From Gammaproteobacteria bacterium (GTDB taxonomy: Bacteria > Pseudomonadota > Gammaproteobacteria > Eutrophobiales > Eutrophobiaceae): a DNA stretch of 64,000 nucleotides. How positions within the stretch are numbered: the stretch's first letter is position 1; the number at the start of each line of letters is the position of its first letter. Position numbers and translations under genes: made by a program. Positions 1 to 11,052 of this stretch are shown here, in pieces. Below the pieces are notes generated by a model that saw only the letters and a list, made by a program, of their open reading frames with translations, was not told the DNA's origin and did not search any database. The DNA is taken from assembly GCA_021773245.1 (NCBI GenBank), contig JAJFKK010000124.1, positions 31,336 through 95,335 of the forward strand. The letters run 5' to 3'.

Positions 1-831
1 GAACATATCATCATCACCGAGACCGGCCATGCTTCTAAATGCTTGCTCGGCTTCCTGCTGGATAACATCAACAACATCATCAACTGTAATACGACCAAGC
101 AATAAGCCTTGATCGTCAACTACCGCAGCTGAAACCAGATCACGTTGTTCGAATAATTTAGCGACTTCAGTTTTAGGTGTGCTGGCAGAAAGGTAGGCCT
201 CTTCTTCCATCCATTCGCCAACAGACGTTTCAGGTCCTCTCACCAGTAACTCCGTTAACGGTAAGACGCCAAGGTAATTATTGTCGCGATCAACTACCAT
301 TAAATTATCTGTTTTTGTCGGTATTTGTCCTAATAAGCGTAAGTAACGTGCAACTGCATCAAGCGAAACATCAGCGCGAACAGAAATGATGTCGATGTTC
401 ATTAAACCGCCAGCAGTGTCTTCCGGATAAGTTAGTACCGAGGCAAGCCTTTGACGATGCTGTTCATCCATTGAAAGCAATACGGTGTCGGCAACGTCTT
501 CAGGAAGATCTTGCAAAATGTCGGCGATATCATCTGCATCAAGATCTTTGGTTGCGTCAGCAACTTGAGCCGGGTGCATGTTTTCAAGGAATTCTGTACG
601 AACCGCATCTTGCATATGCGACAGTACATCGCCTTCAAGTTCAGTATCGACTAGCTCCCATACATTTTCACGTTCACGACCGGGCCTGCTTTCGATGACA
701 TCGGCAATTTCAGATGGGTGAAGTGAAGCGATAGCATCTCGAGCAAGATCGGTATCGTTTTGATCCAATGCCTCATGCAATGAATCAACAGCAGATACTT
801 CGGTTTCTTCTTGTGTGGTCTTCTCGTCCAT
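1..831 (-). CDS. mgtE: Magnesium transporter MgtE (5' part; runs off window start)
   Basis: Manual translation from ATG at 831: MDEKTTQEE...LHPSEIAD...YPEDTAGGLM...LLGRITVDDVVDVI (MgtE N domain plus CBS pair); not in the ORF track. Confidence 0.93.
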   Translation of the reverse strand, partial: MDEKTTQEETEVSAVDSLHEALDQNDTDLARDAIASLHPSEIADVIESRPGRERENVWELVDTELEGDVLSHMQDAVRTEFLENMHPAQVADATKDLDADDIADILQDLPEDVADTVLLSMDEQHRQRLASVLTYPEDTAGGLMNIDIISVRADVSLDAVARYLRLLGQIPTKTDNLMVVDRDNNYLGVLPLTELLVRGPETSVGEWMEEEAYLSASTPKTEVAKLFEQRDLVSAAVVDDQGLLLGRITVDDVVDVIQQEAEQAFRSMAGLGDDDMF

Positions 832-940
832 AATTGTTGCCTATATGTCCAAGGTACTTGAACATTATTATGAATCAGAGTTTATCAGTGCTTGCTGTGC
901 AATGCTAAAGCTGTCTCAAAATATGAGAAGCATGAACGAT

Positions 941-2689
941 CTAAACTGTTTCCAATTGAAATTCTTGAAGTAATACTTTTATCTCAGCACCACACGTAGC
1001 TTTGAGTATTTTATTTATTAAATTTTCCAGCTCACTTATATCTGTATTGTTAATAATTTTCTTAACTTCCAGTAATGATGCTGGATGCACACTGAACTCT
1101 CTTAAGCCTAAGCCAAGTAATAGCTGGGTGTGTTCTATTTCTCCGGCCATTTCGCCACACATCGCCACAGGAATGTTTGCTTTTTTTCCAGCTTTAATAG
1201 TGGCCTGGATTAAACGTAATACGGCAGGATGCAAGGGATCATATAAATAGTTGACCTCATCATTAACACGATCAATGGCCATGGTATATTGGATTAAATC
1301 GTTTGTGCCAATAGAAAGAAAGTCTAATTTCTTGGCAAAGATATCTGCGCAAACTGCAGCAGCAGGGACTTCTATCATGCCGCCAATTTCTATATCAGAA
1401 TCATATTCAATGGATTCAGCATCAAGTCCTTCTTTTAGATCATCGATCATCTGTAGAACCTGTTGCATCTCCTGAGTATTCGTCAACATTGGAATCATGA
1501 TCCGCACAGGACCAAACGCTGACGCCCTTAGAATCGCTCGTAACTGTGGTCTGAATAATTCCGGTTCTTTTAAGCACAATCTAATTGCGCGCAATCCTAA
1601 CGCTGGATTAGACTTAACAGGTCCCGCTTGTTTGCCAGCACCGTCTACTTGTTTGTCTGCGCCTAAATCAAGAGTTCGGATTGTTAGCGGCAAGCCTCGT
1701 AATGCTTTAAGAACCTCTTTGTAGGTTTCAAAATGCTCTTCTTCATCGGGAGGGGTGTCTCGGTTCATGTAAAGAAACTCGGTTCGATACAAGCCAACAC
1801 CTTTTGCTCCAACATTTCTAACCGTTTCAAAATCTTTAGGCAGCTCAATATTTGCCATGAGCTCAACAGAAACCCCATCTATTGATTCAGTTGGTGCGTT
1901 TTTAAGCCTGCCTAATGATGAGTAATAACGCTTTACTTCCTTTTGTTTTCTTTCATAAAAAAGCTGAATTTTTTTATCGGGATTTATTATTACGGTGCCA
2001 GTGGTGCCATCAATGATGGCAGTGTCATTGTTTTTTATTAGGCGCTGTGCATTATGCAGCCCAATTACGGCTGGAATACCTAAACTTCTGGCAAGAATAG
2101 CCGTATGCGATGTCGGCCCGCCAAACTCTGTTGCAAAAGCAGCGATGCCATAATGTTGCATTAGTACCGTATCAGCTGGTGTTAAATCATCTGCGATGAT
2201 GACTTTATTTTTTAAATGATCATCCGGGACTTCATGTAGCAAAGGTTTTTGTTTCAATAATATACGCAGGATACGGTTTACAACATGATCAACATCATCT
2301 CTGCGTGTACTTAAATAAGCATCCTCCATTTCATCAAAGACATTAACCAGAGCATCGCGCTGTAATTTCAGTGCCCATTCCGCATTACAGAGTCGTTCTT
2401 TAATAATACGTTTCGGTTCTTCTGTTAATGCGTTGTCTTCCATCATTAACAAGTGCGTGTCTATAAAAGCAGAAATATCTACTGATGTTGAGCTTGGGAT
2501 ATGATCTCGTATTGCTCGAAGCTGTTGACGTGCATTAGATATGGCATCATTAAAACGTGAGACTTCATTTTCAATTTGTGTTTTTCGAACATTGTATTCA
2601 CGAACATCAAGTTGATCATGTTGAATAATGTGAACTGAGCCAATGGCAATGCCACGAGAAACACTCACACCATGAAGTGAGATGGTCAC
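941..2689 (-). CDS. ptsI: PTS enzyme I (PEP-protein phosphotransferase), no GAF domain
   Basis: GGPTSHTAILARS phospho-His motif, GLYRTEFL, SIGTNDLIQY. Confidence 0.95.
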   Translation of the reverse strand: MTISLHGVSVSRGIAIGSVHIIQHDQLDVREYNVRKTQIENEVSRFNDAISNARQQLRAIRDHIPSSTSVDISAFIDTHLLMMEDNALTEEPKRIIKERLCNAEWALKLQRDALVNVFDEMEDAYLSTRRDDVDHVVNRILRILLKQKPLLHEVPDDHLKNKVIIADDLTPADTVLMQHYGIAAFATEFGGPTSHTAILARSLGIPAVIGLHNAQRLIKNNDTAIIDGTTGTVIINPDKKIQLFYERKQKEVKRYYSSLGRLKNAPTESIDGVSVELMANIELPKDFETVRNVGAKGVGLYRTEFLYMNRDTPPDEEEHFETYKEVLKALRGLPLTIRTLDLGADKQVDGAGKQAGPVKSNPALGLRAIRLCLKEPELFRPQLRAILRASAFGPVRIMIPMLTNTQEMQQVLQMIDDLKEGLDAESIEYDSDIEIGGMIEVPAAAVCADIFAKKLDFLSIGTNDLIQYTMAIDRVNDEVNYLYDPLHPAVLRLIQATIKAGKKANIPVAMCGEMAGEIEHTQLLLGLGLREFSVHPASLLEVKKIINNTDISELENLINKILKATCGAEIKVLLQEFQLETV

Positions 2690-2955
2690 TCGTCTTCTCC
2701 AAACCTGTCGTTGATTAATGCATCAAGTGCTTCCATCGCTGCATCTTCGTCTGGGCCAATAGTTTTTATGTCGATGCTTGAGCCTTTGCCCGCTGCTAAC
2801 ATCATAATTCCCATAATGCTTTTGCCGCTGACTTCTTTGTGGCCGGAGTAGACATTTATTTCTGACTGAAAGTTTGATGCAACTTTTACAAACTTAGCCG
2901 CCGCTCGTGCATGTAAGCCCAGTTTGTTAATTATTGTTATCGTTTTTTGATTCAT
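2686..2955 (-). CDS. ptsH: HPr-family phosphocarrier protein
   Basis: NKLGLHARAA (His15), KSIMG (Ser46). Confidence 0.93.
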   Translation of the reverse strand: MNQKTITIINKLGLHARAAAKFVKVASNFQSEINVYSGHKEVSGKSIMGIMMLAAGKGSSIDIKTIGPDEDAAMEALDALINDRFGEDE

Positions 2956-3353
2956 TATTTTTTTTCGTATGGAGCAATGCTGACTCCATCAACTCCGCCG
3001 CTGTAAGCTTTTTCGGTTAAGTTAGCAAGATTTAAATCAGGGTAATTGAAAACACGAATTAACATAGATAAATTTATCCCGGTTACAATGTTAATGTCCT
3101 TGTGTATCTGTAGTCGGTGTGCAATGTTGCTCGGCGTGGATCCGAGGAGGTCGGTTAGAACTAAAACGCCGTCGCCCACATCTAGCTCTTCAAGAAATGA
3201 CTTTGCTGTCTCAAGTTCTTTATCCGGATCACATTCACGACTTGCAGAAAGAAGTCTTACCTTTAATGGATTGTTTTCAATCATATTGTTTGCCGTGTCA
3301 AACAAGGCATCACCTATGCCGTCATGCGAAATGATTAAAATACCTACACTCAT
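2955..3353 (-). CDS. PTS mannose/fructose-type EIIA component
   Basis: MSVGILIISHDG, LVLTDLLGSTPSN, GINLSML; start moved to ATG 3353 to avoid overlap with rapZ. Confidence 0.9.
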   Translation of the reverse strand: MSVGILIISHDGIGDALFDTANNMIENNPLKVRLLSASRECDPDKELETAKSFLEELDVGDGVLVLTDLLGSTPSNIAHRLQIHKDINIVTGINLSMLIRVFNYPDLNLANLTEKAYSGGVDGVSIAPYEKK

Positions 3354-3354
3354 A

Positions 3355-4224
3355 CTATAAATCCCGATGTCTAATGATAACTTGCTTGTCTGAGCTACTA
3401 AATATGGCCGCAAGTTGTTCAACAATAAATACAGAACGATGATGACCGCCAGTGCAGCCAAAGGCAATACTTAAATAACTGCGATTGTCAGCTTCAAATC
3501 GTGGTATCCAACGTTCTAGAAAATGCTCTAAATCTGATAACATTTGTTTAACATCATTTTGTTTTAATAAGAATTCAATGATGGGCTCATCTTTTCCAGA
3601 GTATTTCCGCAAATCTTTATTCCAATATGGGTTAGGAAGACACCTTAAATCAAAAACAAAATCAGCATCTTTAGGAATACCATTTTTATATCCAAAAGAC
3701 ATAAACTGTAAAGAAAGTGTCGCATCTTCTCTTTGAGCAATGCGATTTCGTACTATGTCGCGTAACTCATTTAATTGCATGTGGCTAGTGTCAATAGCTA
3801 AGTCGGCAGCTTCAGCAAGTTCACCAATAATATAACGTTCTAGTTTGATGGCATCTGTTAATGAAGTTTCGTCTGAAGAAAGTGGGTGTTTTCTTCGAGT
3901 TTCACTAAAACGTTTTGTTAATACATCATCGCTTGCTTCAATAAAAACCAGATCTGTTGAGATATTCTTTTCTCGTAGAGACGAAATTGTTTTTGGAAGA
4001 AAGGAAAAGTCATCCTGAGTATTTCTTGCATCTATGCCGATAACAATTTGTTTTGCCAGCTTGCTGTCTGCAGATGAAAACTGATCGATTAATTCATTGA
4101 GTAAACTAACAGGGAGGTTGTCAATCGTATAATAGGATAGATCTTCAAGCGTGTTTAGAACAACGGTTTTTCCTGCGCCAGATAAGCCACTAACAATGAT
4201 AAGTCGACGCGTCTGTTCATTCAT
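3355..4224 (-). CDS. rapZ: RNase adapter RapZ
   Basis: SGLSGAGKT, RFSETRRKHPL, GCTGGHHRSV. Confidence 0.96.
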   Translation of the reverse strand: MNEQTRRLIIVSGLSGAGKTVVLNTLEDLSYYTIDNLPVSLLNELIDQFSSADSKLAKQIVIGIDARNTQDDFSFLPKTISSLREKNISTDLVFIEASDDVLTKRFSETRRKHPLSSDETSLTDAIKLERYIIGELAEAADLAIDTSHMQLNELRDIVRNRIAQREDATLSLQFMSFGYKNGIPKDADFVFDLRCLPNPYWNKDLRKYSGKDEPIIEFLLKQNDVKQMLSDLEHFLERWIPRFEADNRSYLSIAFGCTGGHHRSVFIVEQLAAIFSSSDKQVIIRHRDL

Positions 4225-5196
4225 TTATTCTTCGCCTGATTCCATCAGTTTTCTTTGCCGTTTTGCAAATATTTTCGATGCATTGTAACCACTATCACGC
4301 AAGATATGGTTACGTGCGGCACACTCCAGCATAACAGCAAGGTTGCGACCCGGTGCTACAGGCAGGGTAATTTGCGGAACCTCCATATCCAGTATGCTTT
4401 GAGTATCATAACTTCCCTCCAGCCGATCAACAGACAGCAAGTCATTTGCATCCATCTGTTGTAATTGTACGATTAGTTTAAGGTATTTATTTTTTTTGAT
4501 TGCGCTGTCGCCAAATAATTCTCGTACATTGATAATGCCGAGTCCTCTGACTTCGAGAAAATCTTGTAGTGCTTTTGGGCAAGTGCCGTTAACAATGTCC
4601 GGTGCAATTTTAGAGAAAAGAGGTGCGTCGTCTGCAATTAAACGGTGACCCCGAGAAATCAGTTCCAGTGCAAGTTCGCTTTTACCTATACCACTTGGGC
4701 CTGTTATCAATACGCCAATCGCCATAACTTCCATGTAAACACCATGTAGCGTCAACATATCGGCGAATAGATTGGTTAAAAAGTAATGTAATACGTTAGC
4801 TAGTTTGTTGCCATCTTTTGGCGTTGCAAGCAGGGGGGTGTTGTATTCGTTGCTTTTACGTTTAAGCAAAGTGGGAGCGTTGCAGCCATCAGCAACAATA
4901 ATACAAACAGGCCTACTATTAAATAATTGGGCGATGGAGTCTTGCATGGAAATATCTCTTAATCCTTCAAGATATTTAATTTCCGTTTTGCCAATGATCT
5001 GTACCTGATGGGGGTGGATCAGGTTTAAATGGCCTACCCATGAAACGCTACTTGAATGTTCAGCCGACGTTTGTTCTTCGTCCTGGATAAGTGCGTGTTT
5101 AGCGCCTTCTTGTCCGGCAACCCACTCAAGTTTTAATTTATCGCGATGAATATTGTAGAGATCATCAATGCTTAACTGGTTAGTGAGTCCTGCCAT
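4225..5196 (-). CDS. hprK: HPr(Ser) kinase/phosphorylase
   Basis: GPSGIGKSELALEL, LIADD, LEVRGLGII. Confidence 0.96.
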   Translation of the reverse strand: MAGLTNQLSIDDLYNIHRDKLKLEWVAGQEGAKHALIQDEEQTSAEHSSSVSWVGHLNLIHPHQVQIIGKTEIKYLEGLRDISMQDSIAQLFNSRPVCIIVADGCNAPTLLKRKSNEYNTPLLATPKDGNKLANVLHYFLTNLFADMLTLHGVYMEVMAIGVLITGPSGIGKSELALELISRGHRLIADDAPLFSKIAPDIVNGTCPKALQDFLEVRGLGIINVRELFGDSAIKKNKYLKLIVQLQQMDANDLLSVDRLEGSYDTQSILDMEVPQITLPVAPGRNLAVMLECAARNHILRDSGYNASKIFAKRQRKLMESGEE

Positions 5197-5200
5197 AGGA

Positions 5201-5647
5201 TCATGCCGTCAAGATAGAATATATTTCATCCGAGGAACGAGATCGTCTCAGTTTACGAATGGTTGTTTTATCGCTAAACATTTCAGCCAGCGTTGCCAAT
5301 GTTTGCAGGTGTTCTTCGGTTGAGTCTTCTGGAACGATTAAAGCAAAAAGCAGATCAACAGGGGTTTTATCTATAGCGTCATAATCAACAGCAGTATCAA
5401 GTTGGATAAAAGCAGCAATAGTTTTTTTACCGCTTTTTAGCCTACCATGCGGAATCGCTACGCCATTACCAATACCCGTGCTTCCTAGCCTTTCGCGAGC
5501 AATCAAACAGTCAAATACTTCAGTTTGCGCTGTTTCATTGTCAGAATGAGCGATTGTTTTTGCCAAAGTGTCCAGCGCATCTTTTTTGCTATGGCAGCCC
5601 ATTTTTGGCAAAACACAATCGGGTGATAAAATATCTGAAATATTCAT
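5201..5647 (-). CDS. ptsN: PTS IIA-Ntr
   Basis: RERLGSTGIGNGVAIPHGR; located in rpoN operon. Confidence 0.95.
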   Translation of the reverse strand: MNISDILSPDCVLPKMGCHSKKDALDTLAKTIAHSDNETAQTEVFDCLIARERLGSTGIGNGVAIPHGRLKSGKKTIAAFIQLDTAVDYDAIDKTPVDLLFALIVPEDSTEEHLQTLATLAEMFSDKTTIRKLRRSRSSDEIYSILTA

Positions 5648-5683
5648 ATTGTTATTATAATTTTAATAAAAAACTCGAAGCGC

Positions 5684-6010
5684 TTAATCTTCAAGTTGGT
5701 TTTGTATGCTGCTTTCTCCGCGATGATGGTCAGTTAATTTTTCTTTATGTTTTTTTAACTGACGATCAAGTTTGTCTACTAATCCATCTATAGCTGCATA
5801 CATATCTTCCTGTTCGTTTTCAGCAAATAAATTACCGCGATTAACATGTACTGTTGCTTCTGCCTTTTGTCGTTCTTTTTCTACGCTTAAAATAACGTGT
5901 GTATTGTTGATATGTTCGAAGTGTCGTTCCAGTTTTTGGAATTTATTTTCTACATAAGCTTTTAATGAGTCAGTTATGTCTACATGTCTACCGGTTACAT
6001 CAATTTGCAT
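5684..6010 (-). CDS. hpf: Ribosome hibernation promoting factor
   Basis: MQIDVTGRHVDIT...DMYAAID...KLDRQLKKHKEK; follows rpoN. Confidence 0.93.
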   Translation of the reverse strand: MQIDVTGRHVDITDSLKAYVENKFQKLERHFEHINNTHVILSVEKERQKAEATVHVNRGNLFAENEQEDMYAAIDGLVDKLDRQLKKHKEKLTDHHRGESSIQNQLED

Positions 6011-6035
6011 AGAACCCCCTTTAACAATTTTATTT

Positions 6036-7511
6036 TTAGGCTAATCTTTTACGTTCATTTGAAGGCGGAATAGCCATGGCCTCTCTGTATTTTGCTACAG
6101 TTCTTCGTGCTACATTAATCCCTTGTTCTTCCAATATGGCAGCTATTTTACTGTCACTTAATGGTTTTTGTGGTGTTTCAGCGGCGACTAATTTTTTTAT
6201 CAGTGCGCGAATAGCCGTTGACGAACAGGCGCCACCATAACTTGTACTAACATGACTGGAGAAAAAATATTTTAATTCAAATATTCCCCGAGGTGTATGC
6301 ATATATTTACGAGTCGTTACACGCGAGATAGTTGATTCATGCATGCCTAACGTTTCGGCAACATCATGCAGCACTAAAGGCTTCATTGCTTCTTCTCCAT
6401 AGTCGAGAAAAGCCCGTTGTCTTTCTACAATACAGGTTGTTACGCGCAATAATGTTTCACTTCGGCTACGCAGGCTTTTTATAAACCATCGTGCTTCCTG
6501 TAAATGGGATTTAAGTGAATTGTTGTCGTCACTATTGTCAGCGCGACGAATCATATTGGCGTATGAAGAATTTATTTTTAGACTGGGCATAGAATCAGTA
6601 TTTAAATCAACTTTCCAAACCCCTTTTACCTTTTTAACATAAACATCAGGCACCACATATTCGGTACGCGCTACGCTAACTTGGTTTCCCGGCCTAGGGT
6701 TCATGGATTGAATTAAAGCAACTACTTCTGTTAATTCTTCCTTGTCCAATTTCATTTTGCGCATGAGTTGGTTGTAATCATGGCCGGCCAGTAAGTCGAG
6801 ATAATTATTGACCAGGTTTTTTGCTTCATCCAGCCAAACGGTTTCTTTGTCACATTGTTTTAACTGAAGACTTAAACATTCTTTTATATCCCTTGAAGCA
6901 ACACCGATAGGATCCATGGATTGAATCATTCTTAAAACAGCTTCGACTTCTTCTGCGCCAATTTCTTCTTCTTCCAGATCATTGTCGTCGATAGCAGCGA
7001 GAATATCTTCAAGTGACTCAGTTAAATAGCCATCATCATCGAGTGAGTCAACGATAGTCATGGCGATAATCTTGTCCGTATCTGACGTTGGTGTCAGGTT
7101 AAGTTGCCATTCCAGATGTTCGCGTAATGTTTTTTCTTTTGAATCCTGATTTTCAAAACCATCGTAGCTACTGTCAGAGCCTGTTTTTGTAAAACTAGGC
7201 GTGCTGTCATAAACATCGTCCCAGCCACTATCAACGGCAAGTTCATCCGGCATCGTGTCCTGGTTCATTTCCGTGACTTGATCGGCTTGCTCATCAGACT
7301 CTTTCTTTAGCTTTGTTTCTTCTGCTTTGCCAGGGCTTTCTTCCGATGTACTTTGTGCGTCATCGACTTCCAGCATCATATTTGATTCGAGTGCATCTTG
7401 AACTTCAGCTTGTAGTTCAATGCTTGATAACTGCAACAAGCGGATAGCCTGTTGTAGTTGTGGTGTCATCGTTAGGCTTTGGCCTATTTTTAATTGTAAT
7501 GATGCTTTCAT
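6036..7511 (-). CDS. rpoN: RNA polymerase sigma-54 factor
   Basis: [21 protein letters not shown], RpoN box ARRTVAKYR. Confidence 0.98.
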   Translation of the reverse strand: MKASLQLKIGQSLTMTPQLQQAIRLLQLSSIELQAEVQDALESNMMLEVDDAQSTSEESPGKAEETKLKKESDEQADQVTEMNQDTMPDELAVDSGWDDVYDSTPSFTKTGSDSSYDGFENQDSKEKTLREHLEWQLNLTPTSDTDKIIAMTIVDSLDDDGYLTESLEDILAAIDDNDLEEEEIGAEEVEAVLRMIQSMDPIGVASRDIKECLSLQLKQCDKETVWLDEAKNLVNNYLDLLAGHDYNQLMRKMKLDKEELTEVVALIQSMNPRPGNQVSVARTEYVVPDVYVKKVKGVWKVDLNTDSMPSLKINSSYANMIRRADNSDDNNSLKSHLQEARWFIKSLRSRSETLLRVTTCIVERQRAFLDYGEEAMKPLVLHDVAETLGMHESTISRVTTRKYMHTPRGIFELKYFFSSHVSTSYGGACSSTAIRALIKKLVAAETPQKPLSDSKIAAILEEQGINVARRTVAKYREAMAIPPSNERKRLA

Positions 7512-7568
7512 ATTATTAAGTGTAACTTAAAATTTCATTGTTTGAAGCGGATCCAAAAAGCAATGAAA

Positions 7569-8294
7569 TTAAAGTGAAAACTCGTCTCCCAAATAAACTT
7601 CCCTAACTTTATCATTATTTAAAATTTGTTCTGTAGATCCTTCGGCAAGAATCTTGCCATCATGTACTACATAAGCACGATCACAGATACCTAGCGTTTC
7701 TCGAACATTATGATCAGTGATTAATATGCCGATTCCATGGTCGCAGAGGCGATGGATTAATCGTTGTATGTCATTGATTGAAATAGGGTCTATGCCCGCG
7801 AAAGGCTCATCCAGCAACAAAAAACGAGGTTCAGAAGCTAATGCTCTGGCGATTTCCAGTCGTCGGCGCTCACCACCAGAAAGGCTCATGCCGAGGTTGT
7901 CTCGTAGGTGAGTAATGTGGAATTCCTGTAGTAATAATTCCAGACGTTGTTTTGCTTTATCGCGGTCATTTGGCAAACGAGTTTCGAGTATCGCCATAAT
8001 ATTTTCTTCAACCGTCAATTTTCTGAACACGGATGCTTCTTGCGGCAGGTAGCCTAAGCCGAGGTGAGAACGCTCATCCATTGATAAACGGCTGATTTCA
8101 CGATTATCCAGATGAATAGTGCCGTTATCTGATGGTACAAGGCCGACAATCATATAAAAACTGGTTGTTTTGCCGGCACCGTTGGCTCCTAATAAACCAA
8201 TTGTTTCTCCACTTTGAACGCTTAGGCTGACATCAGAAACGACCTTTCTTGACCGATAAGACTTGGATAGATGACGTACGGATAAAATGCTCAT
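7569..8294 (-). CDS. lptB: LPS export ABC ATPase LptB
   Basis: [37 protein letters not shown]. Confidence 0.97.
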   Translation of the reverse strand: MSILSVRHLSKSYRSRKVVSDVSLSVQSGETIGLLGANGAGKTTSFYMIVGLVPSDNGTIHLDNREISRLSMDERSHLGLGYLPQEASVFRKLTVEENIMAILETRLPNDRDKAKQRLELLLQEFHITHLRDNLGMSLSGGERRRLEIARALASEPRFLLLDEPFAGIDPISINDIQRLIHRLCDHGIGILITDHNVRETLGICDRAYVVHDGKILAEGSTEQILNNDKVREVYLGDEFSL

Positions 8295-8386
8295 GGCAAT
8301 ATGTCTTAAAACAGATTAGCAAATAACACTAATGGGCCGTTCAGTGATACACCTTATAATTAGTTAGATACAAAAGTTTAGATCCT

Positions 8387-8965
8387 TTATTGCTGCTTTT
8401 TCTTTTTAATTATTATTTTAACACGACCATCATTTTTCTTGTTGGTCTCGCCATCGTTAGCCTTCGTTGTTCTGGTCGAGCCTTTTGCTATTACCTTGCT
8501 AAGTACGGTGTCATATTCTATGCGTTTGCCACTCATTCGAGAGCCGTTTGGTTTTGTTACTAACGCCTTTTCTTTCAGGATAATGTAATCCTTAAGTGCA
8601 TAATACTCCATTTGTAATGCTTCGGCCTCATCATATGTTTCACTGTCATCGGGCAGCTGTCGATAGGTTGCCGGTTTGCCTTGCATGATTACCAGTTCCA
8701 TATCGCCACTCTCTGCAAAATGCACCGTCATAGTGTGCCCCGTCATTCGGATGCTACCTTGCGTTACTACAACGTCGCCACGGTATGTTGTCACGCCCTT
8801 TAGATCGTCCATTTCAGCTGAATCTGCTTCTATTTCGATATCTTTTTGTTTGTCAGTCGATAAAGCGAACACTGTATTCATCATTAAGATGAAAGTAGCG
8901 CCTAAAATAAATTTTAGAGTTATATTAAGGCGCTGGCGCACTTGATTCGATAGTTGTCTGTACAT
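8387..8965 (-). CDS. lptA: LPS transport periplasmic protein LptA
   Basis: ALSTDKQKDIEIEADS, YRGDVVVTQG; between lptC and lptB; start uncertain. Confidence 0.9.
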   Translation of the reverse strand: MYRQLSNQVRQRLNITLKFILGATFILMMNTVFALSTDKQKDIEIEADSAEMDDLKGVTTYRGDVVVTQGSIRMTGHTMTVHFAESGDMELVIMQGKPATYRQLPDDSETYDEAEALQMEYYALKDYIILKEKALVTKPNGSRMSGKRIEYDTVLSKVIAKGSTRTTKANDGETNKKNDGRVKIIIKKKKQQ

Positions 8966-9500
8966 TGTTAAGAAACTCCATTCGTTGTTCTTGTAAATAT
9001 GCGCGCATTCCAATAGAAGTTGTGGTTGATTTTTTACTAATTAACGTCGCCGCTTTATCGGTTTCAGCATATTTTTGATCAACTAATACACGTGCATCTT
9101 CGGTTATTAATTCAAGTTTAAGTTTTCCATCATCATCATTTTGATGAAGATAGACATTGCCGTTTAATAAAATAACGTCATTATTTGATGTTACCCAACC
9201 GGTATCGGACTTAACATTGATAGGCGGTTTATCTTTGCGAAAAATTTTTAATTCTGGCTCGTGCAATTCCGATGTGTTGTCGTCAGGGTAATGTGCCATA
9301 TAAACAGCATTTAAACGATTCTTTGGTGTGCCATCCTGATTCATCGTTAAAGTGGTGAAATTTTCCAAATAGTAATCCGGATAATGAGCCAACTTACTTA
9401 ATTTAGTTGCATCATCATCACTGAGTTTGTCTAAAGCCCAATAACTGAAAGCAGCGATAATGACGAGAATAAGTGCTAGTTGCCATCTACCTGTGAACAT
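8925..9500 (-). CDS. lptC: LPS export protein LptC
   Basis: N-terminal TM, PDYYLENF, HYPDD; downstream of kdsC. Confidence 0.9.
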   Translation of the reverse strand: MFTGRWQLALILVIIAAFSYWALDKLSDDDATKLSKLAHYPDYYLENFTTLTMNQDGTPKNRLNAVYMAHYPDDNTSELHEPELKIFRKDKPPINVKSDTGWVTSNNDVILLNGNVYLHQNDDDGKLKLELITEDARVLVDQKYAETDKAATLISKKSTTTSIGMRAYLQEQRMEFLNNVQTTIESSAPAP

Positions 9501-9534
9501 AATTATTTTCTAAATTTGCTCAGACAAGATAAGC

Positions 9535-10065
9535 TCAGGATAGGTACGCTTTAATGCGTTCGTCAAATTTGCCTTGGGCTTTCATAATAAATTCACATAC
9601 TTCTCTAACGGCCCCTTGTCCACCTTGATCTTCAGTTACCCAGTTTGCATGTTCTTTTACTTCGGGTCTGGCATCAGCTACAGCAATAGCCAGCCCTACT
9701 TTTGTCATAGCAGGCAAGTCGATAACATCATCACCAACGTAGGCAATTTGCTCTCGTGCCAGCCCTAGCTCTTCAATGAGTTTCATTAACCTTGCGCCTT
9801 TGTCTTTTTCGCCTTGATAAACATATTTGATACCAAGAGACTCCATTCGTTCAGCAACAATTTTTGACGAGCGTGCTGTGATCACAGCAATATTACAACC
9901 TGACTCAAGTAGCATAACCAAACCATGCCCATCTCGCACATGAAATGACTTATATTCATTACCACTTTCGCCCAAAATAAGTTTGCCATCAGTTAAGACG
10001 CCATCGACATCAAATACAGCAAGTTTAACGTGGCTTGCTTTTTCCATTAGCGCTTTCTTGTCCAT
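9535..10065 (-). CDS. kdsC: KDO 8-phosphate phosphatase
   Basis: FDVDGVLTDG, YVGDDVID, GGQGAVRE. Confidence 0.95.
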   Translation of the reverse strand: MDKKALMEKASHVKLAVFDVDGVLTDGKLILGESGNEYKSFHVRDGHGLVMLLESGCNIAVITARSSKIVAERMESLGIKYVYQGEKDKGARLMKLIEELGLAREQIAYVGDDVIDLPAMTKVGLAIAVADARPEVKEHANWVTEDQGGQGAVREVCEFIMKAQGKFDERIKAYLS

Positions 10066-11048
10066 TAGACTACGCGAGCTCGTAATAAATCATGCATATT
10101 TAAAATACCTATTAATCTATTTTCGTCATTAACAACGACTAGCGCATTAATGCTATGTGATTCCATCAGCGCAAGCGCTGAAGCAGCAAGTGAATCGGCA
10201 GTGATGCTTTTTCCATCTTTTGTCATTACATCTTTAACGAGACAAGTTTTTACATCAATGCTTGAGTCGAGTGCTCGTCGCAAATCACCATCAGTAAAAA
10301 TGCCTAAAACATTATCATCATCATCAAGAATAGTTGTTATGCCTAAGCCTTTTTGCGTCATCTCAATGAGTGCTTCACTAAGCAAGGCTTGTTCAGAAAC
10401 TTTGGGAATGCCATCTCCAGTATGCATAATTTCACTAACATGCAGTAATAAACGCCGACCTAATGTTCCGCCAGGATGAGATAAAGCAAAATCGTTTTCA
10501 CTAAAGCCGCGTGCTTCAAGTAAAGCAATCGCGATTGCATCGCCCATCGCCAACGTTGCTGTTGTGCTTGCTGTTGGAGCAAGACCAAGTGGGCATGCTT
10601 CTTTGTTTACGCTCACATCAATATTAACCGTTGCTGATTTTGCCAATGTTGATTCGGAATTACCGGTTAGTGCGATCATTGGAGTGTTTAATCTTTTAAT
10701 GACGGGCAATAAAGCGATTACTTCATCTGTTTCCCCAGAATTGGATAGCACCATAACAATATCTTTACTGGTGATCATGCCCGAGTCACCATGACTGGCT
10801 TCGCCGGGATGAACAAAAAAAGCAGGGGTGCCAGTACTTGCTAAGGTTGCCGCAATTTTATTACCGATGTGTCCTGATTTGCCCATACCAATGACAATGA
10901 CACGTCCGTCACATTTGAGTATTTCATTACAAGCAGCAACAAACTTTTCATCAATACGATCAATTAAGCCTGCAAGTGCTGATTGCTCGGTTTTTATAAC
11001 CGCTTTTCCTAGCGTTTTAAGTTTGTCAGAACTAATTATTTCATTCAT
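10065..11048 (-). CDS. kdsD: Arabinose 5-phosphate isomerase (SIS + CBS)
   Basis: GMGKSGHIG, HPGEASHGD, HPGGTLG. Confidence 0.95.
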   Translation of the reverse strand: MNEIISSDKLKTLGKAVIKTEQSALAGLIDRIDEKFVAACNEILKCDGRVIVIGMGKSGHIGNKIAATLASTGTPAFFVHPGEASHGDSGMITSKDIVMVLSNSGETDEVIALLPVIKRLNTPMIALTGNSESTLAKSATVNIDVSVNKEACPLGLAPTASTTATLAMGDAIAIALLEARGFSENDFALSHPGGTLGRRLLLHVSEIMHTGDGIPKVSEQALLSEALIEMTQKGLGITTILDDDDNVLGIFTDGDLRRALDSSIDVKTCLVKDVMTKDGKSITADSLAASALALMESHSINALVVVNDENRLIGILNMHDLLRARVV

Positions 11049-11052
11049 TTTT

